Of a stretch of 64,000 nucleotides of DNA, positions 52,780 to 64,000 are shown piece after piece (the first letter of the stretch is position 1; each line of letters starts with the position of its first letter). This stretch comes from Eledone cirrhosa (lineage: Eukaryota): assembly GCA_964016885.1 (NCBI GenBank), contig OZ024748.1, positions 54,374,001 to 54,438,000 of the forward strand, written 5' to 3'. Both the position numbers and the translations under genes were made by a program. Below the pieces are notes generated by a model. That model was not told the origin of the DNA. It saw only the letters and a list, made by a program, of their open reading frames with translations, and searched no databases.

Positions 52780-52793
52780 GTTGTCATGGAAAC
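52780..52793. promoter_or_regulatory. RFX X-box motif GTTGTCATGGAAAC
   Basis: 14-bp imperfect palindrome matching the GTYNYYATRGNAAC consensus, in unique sequence. Confidence 0.4.
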
Positions 52794-52883
52794 AAAGTTT
52801 TCCTATTCATTAGCCTGATGCTATCATATGATAGACTGATTTATTCTGTTTCATTTCTTTAGACAGATTTTTCCCTGCACTCC

Positions 52884-52953
<70 letters not shown>

Positions 52954-53097
52954 CTTTACTCACTCTCCCTCTCTGTCACTCTCGCAGCTATTCCTCTCTC
53001 TCTCTCTCTCAATCATTATCTCCCTCTCTCACATCCTATTTTCTTTCTATATATGTATATATATATATTCTCCCTTCTACCCCTCTCTGTCCTCAAG

Positions 53098-53283
<186 letters not shown>

Positions 53284-53831
53284 CATACATATATATATAT
53301 TCTCCCTTCTACCTCTCTATCCTCAATTCTCTTGCTTTCTTTGTCTCTCACTCTCTACTTCACTCTCTCTCTCTTCTCCCTGCTTGACTCTTTCCCCTCC
53401 CCCTTCCCCACATACTTTGCTTGATCCCCTTCCCTCCTCCTCCTCCCTTTAATTCTATTTTATGTTTTTAAGTCTATAGTTCGTTCTATATTTTTTCTGA
53501 TATATATTTGAGTTTTTGTTTTTAATTATAAAAGTAGATTACTGTATCCTACCCCACCCCTATACCTCCCACCACCCCACACACGTTTTTTCTATTTTAT
53601 ATCCATCTGTATGTTCATACATTACTCTATCTGTTTATCTAATTATACATACATACATACATCATCCATTCATCCATGCATACACACACACATATATATA
53701 TATATATATACACATACACGCACACATATATGTATATATATATATATACACGCACACATATATGTATACGTGTACACACTCTTCCTCTAATCATTTCCCT
53801 GTATTTCTGTTTGTCAATCCATTTATATCTG

Positions 53832-53874
<43 letters not shown>

Positions 53875-53911
53875 CATCATCATCATCATCACTGTTTAAC
53901 GTCTACTTTCC

Positions 53912-53950
<39 letters not shown>

Positions 53951-54473
53951 CACACACACGCACACATATATATGTGCATATATGCACATTATCTCTAATC
54001 ATTTCTTTTTGTGTCTGTGTATCAATCCATCTATATGTATGGGCGTATGCACATATACATGCATGTAAGTATGTATATGCATATATGTTTGTGTGTTTAT
54101 GAACTGGAGTGTTGACTGGTTCCAAGAGCACAAGGACAATTACCAATGCGACAGCTTATTCTTTACTCAATGTGCCATCAACTCCTCACCAGAGCCCCAC
54201 CACCACACCTTTCTCCCTCACCTACCCTCTTTATCTTTCTTATAAAATTATTTTCTCTAATTTTTTTTTATTATTATATCTTGTGTTTTCAGTTTTTAAA
54301 AATTTGTTTATTTCCTTATTTCCTTTCTCTCTCTCTCCTTCTCTTTGTCTCTCTCTTCCTCTATCCTGGCAAATTATAAAACATCTCTTTCCTTCCCTTC
54401 TCTTCTCACCCTGACAAATTACAACCATCTCCGTCTCTCTCTCCTCTCTCCCTCCTCTCCTCCCCCTCTGTAG

Positions 54474-54628
54474 TTATAACATCCAACATAATCTGGACAA
54501 AAAGTCTCGAGGTGCCGGTCTTTACTGGAAGAATTGTCCCTGGCAAGCAGTTTCTTTTGTTCTGCCGATCAATTGGACACTGCCATGTCGTGCTGTTCTT
54601 CAGCTCCAAAATAAGAAAAGTAAAATAA
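54474..54628 (+). CDS. Candidate exon, possibly terminal; phase 1 gives (V)ITSNIIWTKSLEVPVFTGRIVPGKQFLLFCRSIGHCHVVLFFSSKIRKVK*
   Basis: CCTGAC branch-like site, ~45-nt pyrimidine tract, TAG acceptor, unique CpG-containing island, two open frames. Confidence 0.35.
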
Positions 54629-54649
54629 CATACATATATATAAATATGT

Positions 54650-54704
<55 letters not shown>

Positions 54705-55116
54705 CGAAGGAAATATATAATTTAAAAAAAATGGAGAAGTGAAAATTAAACAAACAAGGATTATTAAAACAACCACTTATATATATACACACACACACAC
54801 ACATTTATATATATATATGCACATATACAAATCTATACATGCAAACAGAGACACGTACGTACATTGACATTTTCGTGTCAATTGGCTCAATGCTGCTTGC
54901 TTGTTGAGGCACTGGCTCAGCAGCATCTGAGAGGTTTGCACTTAACCCACACACCACACCATCATCTCATTCTCCTCCCTTCAGCCCTACCCAAATTTCT
55001 CTTCCCCCCACCCTCATACACTTTCAGTGTTAGAGAATCTTAACAAGAATAATGAAATCATTTTTGCACACATACACACACACACACATGTAAACATAGA
55101 AGTATTCTCTCTCTCT

Positions 55117-55150
<34 letters not shown>

Positions 55151-55228
55151 CTCTCAAAGACCATGATTTTTCTATTTTCTGATTCTTCTTGTCTTTGACT
55201 TGTCACTCACATACACACACTGTGTGTG

Positions 55229-55274
<46 letters not shown>

Positions 55275-56459
55275 GTATGTATATATATATATATATAATT
55301 TCTTCTTGAGCCACAGGGTTTTTCAGCTTAGTCTTGATTCAGGGTTGCTCTAAATAGAAGCCACCACAACACAACACATATCTCTTTTATATATAATTGT
55401 CAATCCATATATCTTTAATTATCTTCTCTTTCTACCAAAGCTAAATCTCTCTCTTGCACAGATTTTTCACTACTCCTGCTTTTGTTATTATTCTTCTTAT
55501 TATTATCATTATTTCTCCTCTTTTCGAAAACAAAAAAAAAACAAAAAAGACAATTTCCATTTTTTTTCTCAAAAATTTTAATAAATTATTTTCTTCAAAT
55601 TATTCATTACTCACTCATTGTATTTCTCTCTCTCTCTCTCCTATTAAATCTTTTGTAAAGAATTTCAATAACATTGTTAATAATAATAATACTGATTGTA
55701 AGAAATCTAAAGCTGAATTCAACATTAATATAAAACAATACTGTTAAAATGGAAATCTGCATTATTATTATTATTGTGAAATATTAACTACAATACCTCA
55801 AATCATAACGGCATTTACAATGACAATGATGATGGTTATTAAGGTGATGATCGACAAACAGTGCAAAGGCCTAAGTTAATTAGTTAGTGGGAATGGGTAG
55901 CTAGGTGGGTGGTGTAGGTGGTAAAAAACAAAATTTTAGTAAAGGGGTGGAGTGCTTAAATGTGACAATTTAAATGGGGGGGGGGCATGAGAGGGGAAGT
56001 GTTTTTGACACAAAAAAAAGACAAGATGGAATTGCAGAAGGTGGTAGGTGTGGGTTAGAAGCCCACCTCCACCCACCCTTGTTTTTTTTAGGCCTGCTGT
56101 TATAACATGAGCAGCTGGGTGTGAACACAGCAGCATGGTCCAATGATTTCACACACCAAAGAAAAAAAAATAATAGAAAACAAATTAAATTAAAATTAAA
56201 ATAAAATAGATTCATTAGCAAATATTCACTTGCTAAATTTTAATGAACTATGTTCGAAACAAACCACCTGACCATCTTGATGGGGTTAGGGTGAGTATGG
56301 GGGAAACCTCCTCTTCTGCAGGAAAGCTAAATAAGAAAGGTAGTGGAATGAATTAGTAAGGCTAATTTGTGTGGGTGTAGTTAGTAGAGAGGGCTTCTTG
56401 TGCATGAAGTTATTATTTGTCTAATTAGTGGTGATATTGGTAGTTTTGGTTCTCTTTCT

Positions 56460-56651
56460 TATGCCATGATAAAAAGCACCCAGTCCACACTGTAAACGTG
56501 GTTGGCATTAGGAAATGCATCCAGCTGTAGAAACCAAGCCCAAGTCAATTCTGTGTGAGCAAGACATGATCATCTGATCTGGCTTGTCTCACAGCGGGAC
56601 AACTCATCTAACCCATGCTAGCATAAAAAAATGGGTGTTAAATGGTGATGA
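56460..56651 (+). mobile_element. RTE-type 3' tail fragment
   Basis: AAAAAGCACCCAGTCCACACTGTAAACGTGGTTGG...AACCCATGCTAGCAT...GTTAAATGGTGATGA; further short copies at ~8845, 11680, 15200, 26985, 27135, 32440, 34680, 37460, 38230, 53875, 61885, 63570. Confidence 0.8.
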
Positions 56652-58099
56652 GCATTATATATATATAAGTGGAATGATTAAAACATATTTATATAAGAAA
56701 GCTCTGCTTACATTCTCGCCCACTAGATATTAATGCTTCTAATATTTAACCCTGTAGGCACAAGTATTGAGCACATATGCGCAAGCTATTGGCAACTAAA
56801 TATATGTATTGCTTATCTCTTCTCTCTATATATATACACAGATTGATAGATAGATAGTAATATGTTTTATTAGAAGACTGCAGGAATACAAATGGAACAT
56901 TAAATGCTAATATTAATGATAACAAAGTTGTTGGAATGTTACATTGGTGTTGTTTAATAGTCCTAAATATTTCAGGATAAAATCCCTTCATCAAAAGAAC
57001 TGAGAAAACTAATTTGTAGCAGGATATCTTGGCTTATCAATAAGTCTGTAACCTTCTAAGATACACTATTTTCTACACAAACTCTTACCATCCTAAAATA
57101 TCTGTTAACTAAGAAATTATTCTCTTATATTACTGGTCATTTTATTTTTTCTCTCTTTTTTTCATATAACATGTACAATGCCTCTTTGTTGTACTTTCCA
57201 TGTTCTCAGACTATTGTTCTCCTCTTCATCATAACAGTCAGAAAAATATTTCAGTTACCTGTCTATAAGTGACCAGGTCATGCTTACCTGTCTGTCTTTT
57301 TGCTCACCTGTTTGTCAGCCTGGTATTTTTTTTCCTAGGTGAGAAATAATAAAGAAACCAAATAAAATTGCAAAGGAAATGAACAAACAAACCAAAATAA
57401 ATAAAAGATATGCTACTGGAGGTGGAAGTGATATAAAGAAGGGTTGTTTCAAATGCAGTAGGGCCTCCACGCTGATCTACACCCTCTCCCATTTCATGTC
57501 CCCACACCAACCCTCACCTAGCCCCTTAACCTTTGCTGTGAGACCACTGTAGGAGCCTCTGATCAAAATACCTCTGTTTTACTTTCCTTTCTTTTTATGG
57601 ATTTATGATAACAATACCCCTCACCTTTGTCCCTGGCCCTTTGTGTAGGGCTGTTGTTTTTGTTAGCTTTACTTTGCCTCTATTTTCTTTCTTTCATGTT
57701 GTGTTGGGAGCTGGGAGACTAGGCTTGATTTTTATTGTGGTTAGGGGTCAGAATTGTGAAGATGTGTATATATGTGCCTGTGTGTGTGTATGTGTGTCTG
57801 TGTGTACGTACTTTATGAACAGGTGTGTATATATATATATATATATGTTTGTGTGTTTGGTCAGTTGATTGAGCTTTACACCCCCTACACTCTTTCTAAA
57901 AGGATATATTCACATATACATACATAAACCCATACAGCCCATTGTGTGCTGTGGTGTTTTTAATTGCATCCCATGAAATTCAATACAAAAGATTTCAGGT
58001 GTAAATTGCTGTTATGTTGTTTTGTTTTGTATTGTTTTTCCCTCTCTTTCTTGGCCCTCTTCTTCATTTCATTTTGTTGTTTTGAAGTTATTGCTTATC

Positions 58100-58177
<78 letters not shown>

Positions 58178-58629
58178 TTCAATAATGATAGAACCAAACC
58201 AATGGATGTTTGAAAAGAAAGGTTTCACCTGTCTTCTGTGTTCAACTGTCTGTTTATCTCTCTCTCTCTCTCTCTTGTTTTTCTCCTACACAATCTGACA
58301 TACACATGTGAAAAACTGTTTCATATAGATTCTGTTTAAAAAACAAAAAAAAAATAAAGGAGATACAGTAAAGAGAAAAACAAAGCAAAATAAAGCTACA
58401 AAAAAAATACCCCAACAAGAAACAAACATAAAGCTGTGTATATAGCAATGTTGTTTTGTGTTGCAAAGGGTGTAAAGGTGTTGTTAGGTGATGGCTAGAT
58501 GGGTAGAATTAGGGATTTCACTATTTATTGCAGGTACTCATTTGACCTGACTATTGTATATGTATGTGTGTATTTGAGAATGTGTGTATATTTGCATGTT
58601 TATATATATTTACACAGAAATATATACAC

Positions 58630-58660
<31 letters not shown>

Positions 58661-59639
58661 AACATGCATATATATATATATGAAGGTGTATATATTTCTG
58701 TGTTTGGATGAATGGTGCAGGTAATAAAGAATTTGAGACATTTTAATTGCTTTTACTCTTTTTTCATACTTTTTTTGTTTGTTTGTTTGTTGTTGTCTCT
58801 CTCTATTTACTATAATCTTACTTTAACTTCCAGCTTCCTTTCCTCTTCTCTACTTTCTTTTCTTTTTTCATTCATTGTTTTGGTTTTTGGGGGGTAGTGA
58901 GGGAGAGAGATTATCACCATTCACCGACATCATCATCATAGTCATAATCATAAAAACTATCACCATCATCACCACCACCACCACCATTATTGTCACAGTC
59001 ACCAGCCCCACCACCACCAATATCACAGTCACTCTTAAGAAGTAAGGGGACAGCTAGTTTTCTCTGGTTTGTTTCAAATTCTATTTTTTTTAAACATAAT
59101 CTGTTCTGTTTTGGGGTATTTTCCCCCTTTTCTTTTCCTTTTTGGCAGAAGTGGTGGTAAATTAAGGTTAAGAAGAGGATAGATACTTGGGTGTGTTATT
59201 GTTGGAGGGGGCGGGTCTTCCTTAATGAATTCAGCCAGTGGCTTAAAGAAAAGTTCTTACCTGGGGGTTTAAGACAGATTTCCAGGTGCCTTGATAACAC
59301 ATATAATAGCAGCAGGTCATGCTACAAGATTTCCATGTTGGTGAGAACAATATCACATTTCCTTCAAATTTTTAATTGAATTTCAATTTTGACTTCCAGC
59401 TCTTATTTCTTCTTTCTTCAGCCTTAACCTCACTTTCATTACTTTCCCTTCATTTGCATATATATATATATATACATATATATGTATATAATGTGTATAG
59501 TTACTTTTTGAATATCCAAAGCATAGGAGGAAGGAACTCAATCTGTGATAAGAGGGGTGATATGTGAATTTTATTAAACTACCAGTTTCATGGTAGTTTA
59601 GTAAAGTTTACACACACACATTCACATATCCCTCCTCTT

Positions 59640-59716
<77 letters not shown>

Positions 59717-60092
59717 TTCACCCTCTTTTCTCGGTGCTACATGCAGATCAGACACTTAAACCTACTCTTGTTAATGCTTTGATTTTGGGTTAATGCATGC
59801 ATGTTTGTGTGTGTATGTGTGTGCTCATTGTTTTCTGTGTCTGTTAGAGTACACAGAGGAAGGACTGCCTATCAAGCCTACTTCAGATAGTAATAGACAG
59901 CCATCTTCTGTCTGGCAACTAACCACCATGTGATTTGGGATCCAAATATCTTTGTTTTAACCATTGTACCATAGTATTGTATCCACTCAGCAATATATAT
60001 CTTTCTTCTGTATTTCTGTAAGCCATCAGTCTCCCTGGCTGACAAACGTATCACACCTGTCTACTCCACTGTCTGACTGTGCCCCCTCAGCC

Positions 60093-60124
<32 letters not shown>

Positions 60125-60549
60125 TTATGTAGGCCTCAGTCTCCCTGGCTGACAACAGTATCACTCCTCTGTCTGACTGGTAAGAAGGTTCATCCAGCAG
60201 TAAATATTTATCAGTCAATGTTCCAATATTCTATGCAAAGCAATTGAATTCAGATAAATTGATGTCTGTATGTATTGATTGGTAGAGTGAGGGAGAGGAA
60301 GAGGAACTATATCCACATAGTGAGAGAGGGGTAAATAGATAGATAGATAGACAGACAGGTAAGATTTGTAGGCTTTGCTTGAATTATAACAGAATAGAAA
60401 CATACCTGTAGTGGTAGTAGTAGCAGTGGTGGGGAAATAGAGGTGAGGTGGAAGTATGTAGGTGAGGTAGTCACACATTGTTCTCGGTGTTAGTAGTAGT
60501 TAGAGTAGTGGTAGTAATCCAAAAGGCTATTCAAATGTAGCAATTTGAA

Positions 60550-60692
60550 TGACCAGTAAAATAGGACCATAATAGTAAGGATAGGGGGTCAGCTGTTTCC
60601 TGACCCCTATCTTTACTATTGGCTTAGATTGTGAGTTAAGTCCTTTTCACCTTTTATGGTCCTATCTTACTGGTCAGCTGTTTACTGACCCA
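60550..60692. other. Nested inverted repeats forming a multibranch fold
   Basis: Outer 23-bp stem 60550-60572/60654-60676; inner ~21-bp stem 60571-60592/60600-60620. Confidence 0.8.
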
Positions 60693-61502
60693 GAATTAGA
60701 AATTATTAGTAAACAAGTATGGTTGGTTGACTAGCTGGTTAGTAGGTTAGTAAGCTGGTAGGCTGGCTGGTTGGTTAGTTATAGAAATATTACAGAATTT
60801 CTCTAAATATCTGAATTTTTTAAAAAGACCATCTCTACCATACAAATCCCAGTAAAATATGTGTGTATATGGTTGGGTGATTTGGTTGACAATCCTAAGG
60901 TTGGGAGGGTTTGATTCCCAGCTGTGCAAGGTATTTTGTTTCATGTTATTGCTCCAGTGACCTCTGGTGGTAAAATTGTGTTATATCAGTAATCTCAAAG
61001 GACCAAACTTGTCACACAGTGTCATGCTGCTGCATCTCCCTGAGAAGTAAATTAATTTCATGTGCAGGCAGTTCTATTGTTCAAACAATTGGAACACTTT
61101 GTCTTCTGAGCCAATGTACATCTCTGTCTCTTCTCAATATACAAAAACTGAGTATGACTCGAGTACTGTCTCTCACTCAAGTGCTTCCTCTCACTCAACC
61201 TGTTTCTCACTTTCTTCTTCCTGTCCTTTTTACAATGTCTTTTTTCCTCTTTCTCTTCCCTCCTTTCTCTCATTCTTTCTGCCCCAATTTTTATCTTTCT
61301 TTAAATCCCAATCTCTATCTCTTAATTTTTTCCTCCTCCTCCTCCCCCATATTTCAGTTCCTTTTTCTAATTCTTTACCCCCCCCCCCACACACACACAC
61401 ACACACTCCCCGCAACATTCACTATCCTCCTTTTAAAAACAAAGAAACAAAAAGAAAAAAATAGAAAAAGAAAATAATTGACTCTTCCTATCCTTCCTCC
61501 AG

Positions 61503-61727
61503 CCAAACGAAGCAAGCAGCCATTCTTGTGACACCACACACCTCCACACAGCCACCAAAGCCACTCCACACCACAGCCACTCAGTTGTGTTTGTCCAGTC
61601 CAGTCTGTCTTCATTGAGTCATTCTGGAGAGTCTCAAGGAAGAGACAGTAGAGGTGATGGCACCATGGAAGAGGAGGAGGAGACTAGAGTTGGTGGTGGT
61701 GTTCATGTTGGTGTTGATGATGGATAG
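61503..61727 (+). CDS. Candidate exon: phase 0 is open for 74 codons (PNEASSHSCDTTHLH...GESQGRDSRGDGTMEEEEETRVGGGVHVGVDDG*); phase 1 gives (A)KRSKQPFL*
   Basis: TTGAC branch-like site plus TCTTCCTATCCTTCCTCCAG acceptor; GC-rich unique sequence. Confidence 0.4.
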   Translation, partial: PNEASSHSCDTTHLHTATKATPHHSHSVVFVQSSLSSLSHSGESQGRDSRGDGTMEEEEETRVGGGVHVGVDDG

Positions 61728-61978
61728 CTGCTGGAGTTCCTAGTGTAGTTGTTGTAGTTGTAATGTTTTATTAATACTAACCCTCACAGCACCTCCCTCC
61801 TGTAAACTAGCACTGGCATGCAACATTGGACAAGACTTTGGTGCAGAGCTCCTTTCTTTGTCTTTTCCCAGATTCCTCAGAACCATCTAACCCATGCAAG
61901 CATGGAAAAATAGATGTTAAGGGATGATGATGCTGTGTGTGTGTGTGTGTGTGTGTGTGTCCATGTATATATATCTAA

Positions 61979-62203
61979 CCCTTTCGTTAACCATATTTCT
62001 AATGAAAAACACAGTTTGGGATTTTGAAAATAAGCAAGAATAGAAAAGGATTGTGTAATTTAAACTTTCTCATTACTAAGCTGGTGTTTGGAACATAGCT
62101 TAACAGAGGTTCTTACATAAAAATATAATGGAAGGTTTTTAGATAAATATAAACACGTTGAAATAGACAGTTTTTGTATCACAGGACCAGGGTATCAAAA
62201 TGG
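61979..62203 (+). mobile_element. piggyBac-type MITE B1
   Basis: CTAA|CCCTTTCGTT...GGTATCAAAATGG|TTAA; internal sequence matches 20551-20779. Confidence 0.85.
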
Positions 62204-62325
62204 TTAACTATGTATGCGTATGTGGTCAGCAGTATATATATGTATATGTATGTACAAATGCATGCTTTCGAATACATGCATGTTATTCATGTATAATGAA
62301 ATAACTACATACTTATATGAATATA

Positions 62326-62359
<34 letters not shown>

Positions 62360-64000
62360 CTTACAAATAAATGTGTGGTTCCTATTATCCATTCCTCCAT
62401 AAATGTTGGTGTTATATCAAACATTAGTTAACGCAGCCATGTAGAATATTAGATATATGTGTGTGTGGTGGGGGGGGGGGGGGTACATCTCTATTTGTAA
62501 ATGGGCATAACTTATGTACTATGTGTTTGTGGATGTGTGTCTATGAAGGATATGTGTGTTGTGTTGTGTGTGTGTGGCCATCTCTGTCTATGTACACAAC
62601 ATGTGTACTATATGTTTGTTTATGTGTGTGTGTGTGTATATATATATATATGAGAAATTGTGAATGCTTTGTCCATGTTATTAAATCATGTCCATTGTTA
62701 TAATTACTTCTATTGCATAGTTACTGTTTCACCATCTTCCCTTGCTGCTGCTGCTAACTCCCAGACTTTCTCTCCTTCACTCTCTATCTCACTCTCACTC
62801 ACCTCCCCCCCTTTCTTTCTCTATCTCTCTCTTTAAAATGTTTCACTTATAAAACATAGTAAAGTGTCATCTTTATTCCACCACCACCCCCTCCCTGATT
62901 GACTCCCTCCCCCTCTCTATTTCGTTTGTCCTTCCTTCCTTTTTAGATATAGGGACCCACCCTTGCACAATTATGACATTTTCTGCTCATGATTTATGAA
63001 AACATTCATTTAAAGGTACTTTAATTTGTCTCCATAATCATCATTATTAGGAATATCATCTTTATATTCATCATCCTTATAACTAACACCATCATCATCA
63101 TCACCATCATTAATATCATCACCATCACTATTGTTATGATTATCATTACAACTATGCTCTAACATCTGCTTTCTCTCCTCCAAGCCAGATCAGACTGAAG
63201 AGGTAGAGGTCAGGGGAAGTTAGTGAGGCTTCCTTTTGTTTTAGCTCCAGACAGTAGCCAGTAGTCATGGGCTGTATAGTTGGAGGTGGCATCAGGGTGA
63301 TGGAAGTATTGAGGCCAACAAAGTGTGTGTGTGTACATTGGTGTCACCATTTCTGTTTTTAATGTCCACTCCCACTATATTATCTTTAAAAAAATTTAAA
63401 TCAACTGCAGCTGTAGGAGTTATCTACCTTACTTGCTTCCATGGCTGGGTACCCCAAAGAAGTTTTCAGTCATGAAATTACCAAAATAGTCTTGGTTGGT
63501 TGGAGCTGTTCCCCTGCTTGCCATATTCAGAGAGCAAGATTCTATATGTATATATATACTTTATATAGAGCTTTCTACGGCTGGACACGCTTCCTAACAC
63601 CAACCACATTTACACACACATACAAATATATATCTATATCTTGCCAAAGTCTATATTTTTCTTGGTGCAGTACTTGCTTGTGTGTGTCTATTTAATTTAA
63701 TTTAAAAGAAAAATCCTAAAGATAATACTTGAAATCATTTTATTAATTTCTACGTTCATTTCAATTTTAACGAAATACAATTGTAAAATACAAATAATTA
63801 GTTGCAGATTAATTAATTAATCAATCAAATCAAACAATTGCTATCACATATTGCAAAATGTCTTCAGGAAATCAATATTAGATTTGGGGAACGCATATAT
63901 AGATAAATAAATATATATATATATATATGTATTTAGTTATTTATTATGGTTTCTGAGTTAAGTACAAGGCCAACGATTCTTTTGGACCCCAGCACATTAC

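Noticed and set aside
54520-54610. Minus-strand WQCPIDRQNKRNC resembling a nuclear-receptor second zinc finger
   Set aside because: The following CxxCR motif is absent, there is no donor at the right position, and the acceptor (GAG) is poor

Overview
Eukaryotic, AT-rich, microsatellite-dense DNA. The repeat repertoire (tRNA-derived SINEs with Deu/Nin-like and Meta-like cores, an RTE LINE with a (GAT)n tail, TTAA-flanked MITEs) looks like Octopus or another coleoid cephalopod; this is an inference from pattern recognition, not a database result. The window appears to be mostly intron of a large + strand gene. One exon is well supported (50861-51013), and there are several weaker microexon and alternative-last-exon candidates. 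The only recognisable protein-coding stretch is a dead, 5'-truncated RTE retrotransposon (17296-18871, minus strand). Almost all ORFs in the supplied track are microsatellite artefacts. The most interesting signals are RNA-structural. (1) Four hammerhead-ribozyme-type remnants of Penelope-like/retrozyme style: a near-intact type I motif at 18898-18942, a minimal motif at 39553-39590, a 135-bp tandem dimer at 22803-23076, and a 120-bp palindrome built from a hammerhead 3' half at 17161-17280. (2) Several fold-back hairpins that look made by template switching, including a pre-miRNA-sized one whose non-hairpin sister copy lies 930 bp upstream. (3) Many inverted repeat pairs that could form A-to-I editing substrates. 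No claim of a wholly new system can be proven from the sequence alone.
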